Source: an uncultured Acidobacteriota bacterium | Lineage (GTDB): Bacteria > Acidobacteriota > Terriglobia > UBA7540 | DNA length: 64,000 nucleotides | Assembly: GCA_963804995.1 (NCBI GenBank) | Contig: CAWDSK010000004.1 | Span: 128,001-192,000 of the forward strand | Direction of reading: 5' to 3' | Part shown: positions 21,615 through 31,018 of the stretch, in pieces | How positions within the stretch are numbered: the stretch's first letter is position 1 | How the letters are laid out: each line of letters begins with the position of its first letter | Position numbers and translations under genes: made by a program | Notes under the pieces: generated by a model | Database searches by the model: none | The model's input: the letters and a program-made list of their open reading frames with translations, nothing else | What the model was told of the DNA's origin: nothing

Positions 21615-21902
21615 GCGGCGTGACACAGTATCTCCATCCTTTATGGTAAGGCGGGACGTTACACACTCCCGCTGGCGACAACAAAAATCTGGGGTTTCGT
21701 GGAAATCGGTAACCTTTTTCCAAAATTTGGAAAATCCGGCGCTCATCGGAGGGGACTGCACTTCGCAGGCAAGCGCGGTCTCAGTGGGGAGGCATGACTA
21801 CCCGCTGCTAATCGAGATCACCGGCTATGTATGCCGGTAGACAAAGGCGGGCAAATCCTCCGTCAGCGCGAACAAATAGTTTGGGATTCCCTGCGCGAAG
21901 CG

Positions 21903-22826
21903 TTAGCTTTCGATTGTTAATGCTAGCTCTTGCTGAACTTCACGTGGTAAGGAGCGAACCGCTTTATGATGGGCACGTACCATCAGTGCTGGCGCTTCTT
22001 CATGGTCCGAAGCGTGAATCATGTAGTACATGATTTTGCCCTTGGCATTCTTATCGTAAATCGGATACGCTGCGGCGAATCGGTATCCAAGCTCCTCCTC
22101 AAACCTCTTGCGAACGAGTTCCGCAATTTCCCATGTGGTCTTGTATTTTAGATCAGTCCAGTCAGCCTTACCCCACCATTTGGAAAGCTTATCCTTCTCG
22201 CGGGTACCCGAAATCGCCCGGTGAAGCCACCCAACACCCAGAAAGTAAAGTAGCTCGATCTTATTATTCGGTGGCTTTTTGTACGCGGCAAGCATCGTCA
22301 GGGTTTCCCAATGGCATTCAAAGGTTCTCTGGTCAAGAAGGCAGAATGTGGCTTCCTTTTGCGTAATTGCACCCCCACTCAATATTGTTTCAACATTAAC
22401 ATTGAAGTCGCCTGGTACAACTTGGATCCTCCGAAAGAGCTTTTTGCCTTTCTTGTCGTAGGCTTCTGGCTGAGCCGCCTGTAGCTTCTTTAACGCCTTG
22501 ACTCCGCGCGTGGACAACTCACAAAGGAAGAAATGGCGCAGCCACTTGGGTTCACTTTCTAGCACTAGGGCAGCAGTCCAGTAATCCAGCTTGTCAAAAT
22601 ACTGCGGTCCCGCAAAGCCGTCGATGTAGGCTCCATGCTTCGTGATCTGAACGAAGAACTCCAAATAGCGCTGGACGAATCGCGCCTTGTGTTCCGTCCA
22701 AATTGGCTCTTGAATTCGCTTGTATCTGCGTGTTTTCACCTGAAGGGATGGGGGTAGGTCTGGAAATAGAGGGGCGGCATAAGGAGATTCCGTTGATTCG
22801 TTTGCTCGACTTCCCTTCGAGTTCAT
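21903..22826 (-). CDS. tcmP: Three-Cys-motif partner protein TcmP (methyltransferase-like)
   Basis: WTEHKAR, YIDGFAGP, GDFN, FCLLD, YYMIHAS; overlaps the DUF5131 gene. Confidence 0.8.
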   Translation of the reverse strand: MNSKGSRANESTESPYAAPLFPDLPPSLQVKTRRYKRIQEPIWTEHKARFVQRYLEFFVQITKHGAYIDGFAGPQYFDKLDYWTAALVLESEPKWLRHFFLCELSTRGVKALKKLQAAQPEAYDKKGKKLFRRIQVVPGDFNVNVETILSGGAITQKEATFCLLDQRTFECHWETLTMLAAYKKPPNNKIELLYFLGVGWLHRAISGTREKDKLSKWWGKADWTDLKYKTTWEIAELVRKRFEEELGYRFAAAYPIYDKNAKGKIMYYMIHASDHEEAPALMVRAHHKAVRSLPREVQQELALTIES

Positions 22827-23626
22827 GAAGTACCTTTAAACTCTGCCTCCAAAGTCACCGCCAAGCTTCGCCGCAGGGCTCGGCCAGGTATGGGCGCTTC
22901 AGCTGTGAATGGAAACTCATCGTAGGTCTTGCCAGACAGTTCCCGGCCCGTCTTCTTCTTTTGGACTCCTCCCCACTGCTTGAAAAAGAAGGGAACCTTA
23001 TATAGACGGCATTGGTGGAGCAGATTTCGGACCCAAAATTCCTGCATTGGTCTTGCTCCAGGTCCGCTCTCTCCGCCCACTATTACCCAATCGATATCGG
23101 AGAGGTCAATGGGACCGAGGTCCTCAAGTAGTGGTTCTATTGATAAGAACTTCACTCCCGCTGGAGTATTACGCAGGTGTTCTATGCGAGGACTGCCGTG
23201 CTTTATGTTCTCGACGCTAACTCCCCACCAGATGTGACGGGTAGAGGTTGCAAATTTCAGCGGACCGTTCAACATTTGCCCCAGTCGCTCGGAGCGTTTT
23301 GTGAGAATCTGGTACGTGTGCCAACTCGCTTTCATCATTACGCTAACGACCCTAAGGATGAATTCGTCGGGCACGTCCACGTGGAACAAATCGCTCATGG
23401 AGTTTACGAAGACCATGCTTGGCGATGTCCACTCGAACGGCTCAAAGAGCTTCTCTGGAACGAGGCGAAGATCAAAGCCCAATTCGTATGGGTGGCCTTT
23501 CACCCCCCGAAACCGTTCGGCAAAGGTCTCGGCATAGCAGTGCAGGCAGCCTGGACTAACCTTTGTGCAACCCCGCACCGGGTTCCATGTCGTATCCGTC
23601 CACTCGATCTTGGTCTTTGATGCCAT
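22823..23626 (-). CDS. DUF5131 / phage Gp37-Gp68 family protein (radical-SAM-like three-Cys motif)
   Basis: IEWTDTTWNPVRGCTKVSPGCLHCYAE, FVNSMSDLFH, WVIVGGESG, FFFKQWGG. Confidence 0.93.
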   Translation of the reverse strand: MASKTKIEWTDTTWNPVRGCTKVSPGCLHCYAETFAERFRGVKGHPYELGFDLRLVPEKLFEPFEWTSPSMVFVNSMSDLFHVDVPDEFILRVVSVMMKASWHTYQILTKRSERLGQMLNGPLKFATSTRHIWWGVSVENIKHGSPRIEHLRNTPAGVKFLSIEPLLEDLGPIDLSDIDWVIVGGESGPGARPMQEFWVRNLLHQCRLYKVPFFFKQWGGVQKKKTGRELSGKTYDEFPFTAEAPIPGRALRRSLAVTLEAEFKGTS

Positions 23627-24194
23627 CCTGAGTCTCAATTCTAACCATTATTTTGCCAGTTCGGTATACACAAGATCGTTTGAGGCGCATGTAGTTCTCT
23701 CTGGAGCTGAGGTAATCCAATCCAAGGTAACGTCGCCTTGGTCTTTCGCGTCGCACACGCGGGCTTGGCTGACCAGCGCGCAACCTTGCCTTCCAAATTT
23801 TGGAAACTTGCCCCGGCGGGCGCTTGGTCGGCTGGATGGGGAGTGTGTCGGTAAAACCTGTCCCCGCTTTGTACGGGTTTTTCGGGGAACACCGGTTCCC
23901 CCCGGGTACCGGTGTCAGGTGGCCTTCCTCACTGATAAAGGACTCCTGCTTTCCTATGCTATAGTCCGCAAGCTTCAAAGTTCCAACGCGGAATTTTGAT
24001 TTCCTGTCCCCTCCTCTCGTCTCACGCAGTCCATTCTCAGATTCATCCTTCGGTCGTTGCGCACGACCTATTTCCGGCTCTGGGCCGGGAGGATGACGGG
24101 GAGATGCTCGCGGCAAGCCATCAGAGAATGGCCGTTAAGCACGACCGTTTTCCAAATTCTGGAAATAGGGGGGGCAGGTAGGTGATTCTGCGAC

Positions 24195-24314
24195 AAAAAA
24201 GGGGCGCCGAAGGGGTGGCGCCCCGCTGGGGTGAGGTGACAGTAACCCCAGCATCAGAAGTAATCGATTTGATCCGTAACCTTCAAGGCTAGCCCACCAG
24301 CAGCAGTGTGTCAA
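24195..24314 (-). ncRNA. Candidate small RNA of about 85 nt with its own promoter and intrinsic terminator
   Basis: TTGACA(24314-24309)-17 bp-TAGCCT(24291-24286); hairpin GCTGGGG..CCCCAGC; terminator GGGGCGCC-loop-GGCGCCCC-TTTTTT. Confidence 0.5.
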
Positions 24315-24540
24315 GCATACTAAACGCGCGTAGCGGACTACTTTGACTTTCTTCGCTTGCGGCTTGCCCTCGCGGTTCCGTTATGGCAGACTTGGGCGAA
24401 GCCATCCGCCTAATGGCCGAAATTGACGCGGCCATTCCCAAGTGGCCGATGGAAAGCGGCTCATGTGCAAGAGTCCAGAGACAGTCTAGCGAAATATAAA
24501 AAGGCCACTGGCGAGCGCTCCTTAAAGGGGGTTTCCAGAA

Positions 24541-24930
24541 ATGACAGCACAGGAAATGGCCGACCGGATTCTCGACTTAATTGCAATGAGGAATGACACC
24601 ACTTTTGCCGAAATCTTCAACGTAATCGGGGAAGAAGCGAAGGGCGACCTGATATGGGAAATCTCTCCCAACACGGTACTTTGGACGGGAATGTCGCAAG
24701 CACTGCTCGATGCCTTCAAGATAATGCATGACAAGATCATCCCTCATCCGACCGATTTCTTGGTATATCTCTACGATGGTGGAGCGCTTGACCTTCCAGT
24801 CGCCAAAACAATTTCTAGGACTGGGTACAAGAAACCACATTGGCTTCCCGTTGTCTTCCGCTTCAGAAACGAGGTAGAACGCCAAGGCCGAGAAAAAAAA
24901 TACATTGAGCGTGGTGACTGCGAATTCTGA
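24541..24930 (+). CDS. Pathogenicity-island-protein-like (resembles the SaPI Ppi family)
   Basis: TTFAEI..KGD..NTVLWTGMS..YLYDGGALDLP..PHWLPVVF recalls staphylococcal island proteins (from memory). Confidence 0.5.
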   Translation: MTAQEMADRILDLIAMRNDTTFAEIFNVIGEEAKGDLIWEISPNTVLWTGMSQALLDAFKIMHDKIIPHPTDFLVYLYDGGALDLPVAKTISRTGYKKPHWLPVVFRFRNEVERQGREKKYIERGDCEF

Positions 24931-25009
24931 TTGCTCTAGATTTAAGACGACACCACCACCGACCGCCACTTTCCAAATTTTGGAAACTGTCGCGCCTCGG
25001 CGGGTTCCG

Positions 25010-25408
25010 TCATGGGGTCGGGGCCGCTGCGACTCGGTATAGATCCGCCGACAATCTCATCAGGGCCTCGGGCGTCAACTGGTTTCGCGGCGAGAGGCCG
25101 AGCGCAGATGGCATTAGAGTGTCACCCGGCGCCGTCGGATTCTCGCCCATTATTTCGAGCAATTCATCCTCAAGTTGCGCGGTCGATGCCTCTGCTGGGT
25201 CGCGCAATGGCTCAAATAAAAACTGCATTGCCAACCCGCCGATCAGCGTGGCAAGAGTTTCCCGATAGACTTCCCCTTCGCACAACTCCCCGCGTTCGAT
25301 CTTCGACGCGGACTCCGTACTAAGCCCCGCTTGCTGGGCGAGGGTTTCCTCTGTCCATCCTAATTCGGAAACGGCGCGGCGCAGGGCGTCCACGACATCG
25401 TTGGACAT
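25010..25408 (-). CDS. XRE-family HTH protein
   Basis: LGWTEETLAQQAGLSTESASKIERGE; RBS AGGAGG. Confidence 0.75.
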   Translation of the reverse strand: MSNDVVDALRRAVSELGWTEETLAQQAGLSTESASKIERGELCEGEVYRETLATLIGGLAMQFLFEPLRDPAEASTAQLEDELLEIMGENPTAPGDTLMPSALGLSPRNQLTPEALMRLSADLYRVAAAPTP

Positions 25409-25549
25409 CGGACCTCCTGACTTTATTGTTTTTTGGAAAGCGAAGGCGGCTCGGCAGGAAGGACTTACAAAGAAATTATCGCATTGCGCGGACGATTCGG
25501 GGAAACAAAATCTCACGGGGAGTTTCCGAAATTTGGAAAGGGATCTCGC

Positions 25550-25816
25550 TTATTCATTGTGACTCTTGAGAATGATGCTGTTCATTGGTCCCTGTACATC
25601 CGTCCTCGCTATCGCTTGGTCCCTGACCCTCAATACGTCACTCCGCGACTGCCTGTCACACCATGAGGTTTGGATTATTAGTTGCCAGTGGGGAAGTTGT
25701 GCAGGCTTATTCCATCGAGCTGTTGTGCCTTTGATTCCTATAGAACGCAGGGCCGCTATGAGCTTACCCTTGATGTCGTTTCTTTCGTCTTCGGATAGAG
25801 CAGTCCAATCTCGCAT
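25550..25816 (-). CDS. Hypothetical protein
   Basis: 88-aa ORF filling the space between two palindrome copies. Confidence 0.4.
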   Translation of the reverse strand: MRDWTALSEDERNDIKGKLIAALRSIGIKGTTARWNKPAQLPHWQLIIQTSWCDRQSRSDVLRVRDQAIARTDVQGPMNSIILKSHNE

Positions 25817-26138
25817 AGCTTGGAGTATCACACCACTCCGGGCCGGAAACAAGGGGCGAGAAATTCAAACTGTACCATCACCAGAAGTTTGGATTCCTTG
25901 GCTACGGAGGCACGAGTACGCTCTTTTGGTTCTCGTAACAGGTTGGGGGTTGATTCAGCCTCCAAGCTATTTTTGGATGATTTCTGGATTTCCAAATTTT
26001 GGAAAGTCGCTTGCTTCGCATTCCCAGCAGGAGTAATTCTGTAACAAATTTCGGTAGACTAGTTTTGAGAAACTTTGCGGCCGTTGAGCATGACTCCCAC
26101 CTTGAGAGCCCCACCCAACGACCATAGGAGGCCGCAAC

Positions 26139-26615
26139 ATGAAGAACTTGTTTACTGGTTTACTTTGCACCATCATTCTCACCGTTCCCCGTGTGGCTGT
26201 CGCAGGGGACAACGGTTACAAGGTCAACTATGACGGCGGCTCGTTTTCTGACTTGAAGGCCGGAACTGGCTTGCAAATGTACCTCGAACCGCATCAGATC
26301 CGGTTCGTGAAAGATAAGGCGGATATAGCCACAATTCCGGCTTCCGCGATTACTGAAATCAGCTACGGCCAGGATGTGCACCGCCGAGTCGGAACGGCGG
26401 TTGCTGTAGGGATCGCCTCATTCGGAATAGGCGCACTGACGGCGCTCAGCAAGTCCAAGAAGCACTTCATCGGCCTGACCTGGGCCAATGGTGACCAAAA
26501 GGGTGGGCTTGCAATACAGTGCGACAAGAATAACTATCGCGGCATCCTAGCCGGGCTAGAGGGCATCACCGGCAAGAAGGCCGTCAACTCAGAGACGATG
26601 ACGGTTAAGAATTAA
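26139..26615 (+). CDS. Secreted hypothetical protein
   Basis: Strong RBS AGGAGG, signal peptide, 158 aa. Confidence 0.7.
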   Translation: MKNLFTGLLCTIILTVPRVAVAGDNGYKVNYDGGSFSDLKAGTGLQMYLEPHQIRFVKDKADIATIPASAITEISYGQDVHRRVGTAVAVGIASFGIGALTALSKSKKHFIGLTWANGDQKGGLAIQCDKNNYRGILAGLEGITGKKAVNSETMTVKN

Positions 26616-27038
26616 GGCAACCCTCTCCAGCGTGCCGGTGAGTGTAACGCTGAGTGCTATACTGATAATCGAGGTCCCCGAGGCATAGGCCACCCTCAGA
26701 TTGAAACCCACCCTCCTCATGCCAAGCCTCGGGGCCTCACGTTTAACTCGCCCTGACCCTTTCCAAATTTTGGAAAGCCAGCCGCACCCCCCTCTATTCC
26801 ACGCTGGCGACCGATGGCTCCCTCTGCGGCCTGTTTTGCCTGCGCCCCTTCTTTAGTTCCTCGCGAAGTTTCAGGCCAAGCCCTACCCTCTGGTCGTAGT
26901 CAAGGTGTCGGCGCAGTAGGTTCATGGCAATGCGGAGTTCCACTTTGGATGGTTTCTGGTATGATTGCAGCCTTCAACCTAGGATTGGCCCCCACAGTTG
27001 CTTAGATTCTGGGATGAAAGTAAGGGAAAAGGGAAACG

Positions 27039-27302
27039 ATGAGACCTAAACGAAACCCTGCGGAGGCATCTCTGAAGTCGGCGATTGGCTACCCTGAAGT
27101 GTGCCCCTATTGCAATAAACCGGGCCTTGTTCAATCCGTTTCTGGCAGAAATCTCGTATGCCAGGGATGCGGGCGCATCGTGGTGATAGACGAGAATGCT
27201 CTAGCGGCACAAAACAAGATGGCAGAATATCGGAATTCGCTATCGAGCCGCAGAAATCTCAGGCATACGCGCAGTCGAAGTGCCATAATTCTGGCCGCCT
27301 AG
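27039..27302 (+). CDS. Small zinc-ribbon hypothetical protein
   Basis: CPYC...CQGC. Confidence 0.4.
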   Translation: MRPKRNPAEASLKSAIGYPEVCPYCNKPGLVQSVSGRNLVCQGCGRIVVIDENALAAQNKMAEYRNSLSSRRNLRHTRSRSAIILAA

Positions 27303-28145
27303 CCCTGCCTTGTGGCATCGAAGAAATTTGGTCAAGGTTGGGGAAGTCCTTCGGATCGCGCAACCGTAACCGACTCCACATGCGGTCCCGTTCCCACAAT
27401 CTCTGTTCCCATGTTTTCGGCCCCCCTCCCGCTTCGCCACCTGAAGGGCGCGATTTAGGGTGATTTCCTCACTTGCCACCTTCTCGGCAAGTTCGGGGCG
27501 CTTTGTCTACAGTTCGCGGGCACGGGCCATTGTAGCTTCGGATACGCCAGCTTCTTTGGCCGACGTGCAATGAGATTTAGAGCCGTGGTGTTTCTTGCCC
27601 GCACCAGGTCTCCCATCAACTGAGGGGAGACCTGACAATCTCTTACCATCCTCTGTGCGGGGTTGTTCCTTGGTTGCCTTGCTGCGCTTCCCATTCGATT
27701 CAGCCTTGATCTGTGCCTGCCGCTTCGCCCATTGGTTGCTCTCCAGTTCCATCTTTACCTGAAGGACGGAAATCGTTCCCGGCTGGTTGCGCCAATAAGA
27801 AATTTCCGTAGTAATGCGTGTGCTCCAGAGAGCGTCCTGAGCACCCCCGCCTGGTCTTTTTTTCGACACCGGGGGGTGTCGCCCACCGCCTGCGCCCAGG
27901 CCCACAAACCCCAGCAAACATGCGGGTATTGGCGCAGTCCAGCGCATTCCAGTAATACTCTGCGTGGCAATGCACACAAATAATATATTTGGAAGAGTGT
28001 AACCTATTTACTTCTGCGCAGATGTGGGGCAGTCAATCTAGGACACCACGCCGACTGGTACGGTTCGTGCGGGGAAAGGTTACGGGAAGAGCGGATGTGT
28101 CAACACCCGTTCTTCCCTAACCACACAGCCTACACAGGAGGCAAT

Positions 28146-28574
28146 ATGGCTACCCAGAGTTTAACCACCTACGTTACTCATGGCAACCCAGACCCTCGGC
28201 GTATTCCCCTAGATGATCCTCGGGTTCACAGACTCCCGCCGGGGCCAGAAAACCCCGACCTGAATTTTGACGACTACCAGTTCCAGGGCGGGCGGACGGG
28301 GCACCAAGTTGTCGATACGGTCGGGGGCGGTGGTTGCACACCAATCCCTGCCATCCGACTCGCTGTCGAAGAATCGCAGGGACACCGGTTCGCATCTGCG
28401 GCGACGGCGGAAAATCTTCGCAAGATCCCGCGCCTTCAAATGCGCGTCTTTACGGCCTTTTACTGGGGGTTCGCCACACATGCGGAGATCGGTTCCGCAC
28501 TCGGGATCACGCGCCTTAATTCGAGGGTTTTGCTTTGCAGGGCACGAAAGCATCTTGAGGCGCTGGCACACTAA
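28146..28574 (+). CDS. Protein with a sigma70 region-4-like HTH (possible transcription activator)
   Basis: THAEIGSALGITRLNSRVLLCRARKHL; RBS AGGAGG. Confidence 0.6.
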   Translation: MATQSLTTYVTHGNPDPRRIPLDDPRVHRLPPGPENPDLNFDDYQFQGGRTGHQVVDTVGGGGCTPIPAIRLAVEESQGHRFASAATAENLRKIPRLQMRVFTAFYWGFATHAEIGSALGITRLNSRVLLCRARKHLEALAH

Positions 28575-29226
28575 ATTGTGCTTTGCGGTTGTAACGTCTG
28601 TCTCTACAGTCAACTTATCAGAGGATTCACACCCGCCGACCAATCGGCAGGTTTCGAGTGGTGAAAGCGCAGCGTGGTCGAACAACCGGGGTCGGCACCT
28701 GTCGGCCCCGGCTTTTTAAAGATTGATCTCCCCTCCATCGTAGCCCCCAGGAGCGCTCTAAAGCCGGGGTCGGCTCCCAACCGACCCCGGCCCACCTTTC
28801 CAAATTTTGGAAAATTGGCAATCGGCCTGCCCATTATCGGGCGAAGTTATCCGCGCAGTTTGGCGGGGAATGGCCGAACGGCACGTCACAGTCTACTCAT
28901 ATTGTGACATTGGAACCCCGATTGCCGTTTGTAAGTCCTTTGGATTCGGTTCTACAAAATCTCATATCTCGTGTGTAATGTGACATTCGCGGGTAATTTG
29001 AGACTCTGCATTGCCTACCTTGGTGTGGATGTCCGCCCATACCCCTTGGTGACAGGGGAAAATTTCGCGCACCACGGTTGACCCCTGTGCCACTGAGCGC
29101 ACCACCGGAGACGCACCATGAGGCTAAGCCCTTTGTTTGTGAGGCTAAGCCCTTTGTTTGTGATGTCACGTTACATACCATGTGTGGCATTCAAGTTGCT
29201 CATCTCCCAGTCGGAGGGAAACCCAC

Positions 29227-29808
29227 ATGGCACGCTCTAACCGGCAAGCACTCACGACGGACGAACTTCTGGCAGTCCTGAAGGTAGCCAAGGAGCACAG
29301 CACGCGGGATTGGGCACTTCTGGTCACAATCTATCGGCATGGCTTGAGGGCATCGGAGGCAGCGGCGCTAACGCTTGGCGACATGCAGGACGGTCAATTG
29401 ACCGTGGCTCGGGTGAAGGGGTCACTTAAGACCACACAGCCGGTTTGTAAGCACCCCGGCCAACCGCTGCTTGATGAGGTCAAGGCATGGGCGTCTTGGA
29501 TGAAAGGGCGCCCGCAAGATGGAAGTGGAGCAGTGTTCACTTCCCGGAAGGGTGGGCACCTGACGCGGGAACAGGTTTATCGGATATTCCACCAGCACGC
29601 TGAGACCGCCAAACTCCCACCGGAGAAGCGCTTTGTCCACGTCCTGAAACACAGTCTGGCGAGTCACCTAATCGCGGGCAATGCGAACCTTGCAATGGTG
29701 CAGGTAGCCCTCGGGCACGCCAGCTTGTCGAGCACCCAGGCTTACATTCACGTTTCCGACGCCCAGGCCGCAGTCGCCAGTCAGCGAGCGTTGATGTCAC
29801 TCTTCTGA
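29227..29808 (+). CDS. Small FimB/FimE-like tyrosine recombinase (catalytic domain only)
   Basis: RD.AL..IYRHGLRASE, RVKGS, HVLKH, LGH..LSSTQAY; 193 aa. Confidence 0.88.
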   Translation: MARSNRQALTTDELLAVLKVAKEHSTRDWALLVTIYRHGLRASEAAALTLGDMQDGQLTVARVKGSLKTTQPVCKHPGQPLLDEVKAWASWMKGRPQDGSGAVFTSRKGGHLTREQVYRIFHQHAETAKLPPEKRFVHVLKHSLASHLIAGNANLAMVQVALGHASLSSTQAYIHVSDAQAAVASQRALMSLF

Positions 29809-30009
29809 TTCCTGGAATGCCGCTTAAAATGGCCCGCTGTCGCGTCCAGTGCCACGCAGACGCACGCGGGGTAAAAGCGCAAGGGGTTCTGGGCATGGCT
29901 AAGGACGAGTACCAGTTGAGTACCACTTCACCGTTCTAGTGGTCCTTTTGCGTGCTTTTCGGTTGCCAAGCGTGCCGCAATATCAACGAGATACCCTAGT
30001 GCTGCCAGA

Positions 30010-30060
30010 TTCGTAAACCGAGGGTCACCAGTTCAAATCTGGTCGTCGGCTCCAATCCCT
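30010..30060 (+). repeat. attR: duplicated 3' part of tRNA-Thr
   Basis: Identical to 15209-15259. Confidence 0.95.
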
Positions 30061-30180
30061 AAATTGTTTTCCAGAGCAGTAATTCCTTGCAGCACAGATT
30101 GGAAGGACGGGAGCGGTTCGCAAGCCGCCCGCACGAAATTTCGAGCGATTGCCGCAGACCAATCGGGAGGCAGTAAACGA

Positions 30181-30840
30181 ATGAAGGCAATTCTATTCGG
30201 AGCATCAGGGATGGTCGGGCAAGGTGTCTTGCGCGAATGCCTGCTCGATCCTGAAGTTACTGCCGTCCTCTCAATCGTACGCCGTAGCACCGGGCAACAA
30301 CACCCGAAGCTGCGCGAAATCGTCCATAACGATTTCTTCAACTTTTCTGCGCTTGAACCCGACCTGACGGAACTGGATGCCTGCTTCTTTTGCCTCGGCG
30401 TCTCTTCCGCGGGCATGTCCGAAGAAAGCTATCGGCGTATTACTTACGACATCACCCTGGCCGCAGCCGAAACCTTGGTGAAGCTCAACCCATCCCTGAC
30501 CTTCATTTATGTTTCTGGTGCAGGCACGGACAGTTCCGAGCATGGCCGCACGATGTGGGCCCGAGTGAAAGGACACACCGAAAACGCCCTGCTGCGCTTG
30601 CCGTTCAAAGCAGCGTACATGTTCCGCCCCGCCTTGATTGTGCCGCTCCACGGGATCACGTCCAGGACCAAGCTCTATCGGGTCTCTTACGCTGTACTGG
30701 GCCCGCTCCTCCCGGTTTTGAAAGCACTCATGCCAAAGTATGTCACCACAACCGAGAAACTGGGGCGGGCCATGCTCATCGCGGCCAAGCGAGGTGCACC
30801 CAAGCCAATCCTTGAAACCTCAGACATAAACAATCTTTAA
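30181..30840 (+). CDS. NAD(P)-binding epimerase/dehydratase family protein
   Basis: LFGASGMVGQG Rossmann motif; WARVKG. Confidence 0.88.
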   Translation: MKAILFGASGMVGQGVLRECLLDPEVTAVLSIVRRSTGQQHPKLREIVHNDFFNFSALEPDLTELDACFFCLGVSSAGMSEESYRRITYDITLAAAETLVKLNPSLTFIYVSGAGTDSSEHGRTMWARVKGHTENALLRLPFKAAYMFRPALIVPLHGITSRTKLYRVSYAVLGPLLPVLKALMPKYVTTTEKLGRAMLIAAKRGAPKPILETSDINNL

Positions 30841-31018
30841 GGTCACCGGCCTCCACGGCTGAAAGTCCGCCGATCTTAATGGGTGACCACCGTTCGGCCC
30901 GGGCCAGTGCCGCAGGCCCCTACACCTTGGGTTGCGGCCCCCCCGCCCTGCGCAGCGGAGTGCCCACGGGCCGCGGACCTACAAATCAGGTCTGCTACGC
31001 CTTCTGTTCCAAGAGCGC

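Larger units (their letters stand above)
16734..28813. repeat. Ten dispersed copies of a 17-bp palindrome TTTCCRAAWTTYGGAAA
   Basis: Starts at 16734, 20156, 21717, 23790, 24149, 24970, 25523, 25989, 26760 and 28797; no full copy seen outside the island. Confidence 0.92.
15209..30060. mobile_element. 14.8-kb integrative element (phage satellite/PICI-like island) inserted in tRNA-Thr
   Basis: Identical 51-bp direct repeats at 15209-15259 and 30010-30060; integrase next to the tRNA; xis- and rep-like genes; no capsid, tail or conjugation genes recognised. Confidence 0.93.

Noticed and set aside
25423..25439. Extra copies of the 17-bp palindrome (also about 22176, 26041, 42136)
   Set aside because: Only half-sites or heavily mismatched; not counted.
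15260..30009. Complete prophage or ICE
   Set aside because: No terminase large subunit, portal, capsid, tail, relaxase or T4SS genes recognised; too small.
30010..30060. Second tRNA-Thr gene
   Set aside because: Only the 3' part from the anticodon loop onward is present; it is the att duplication.
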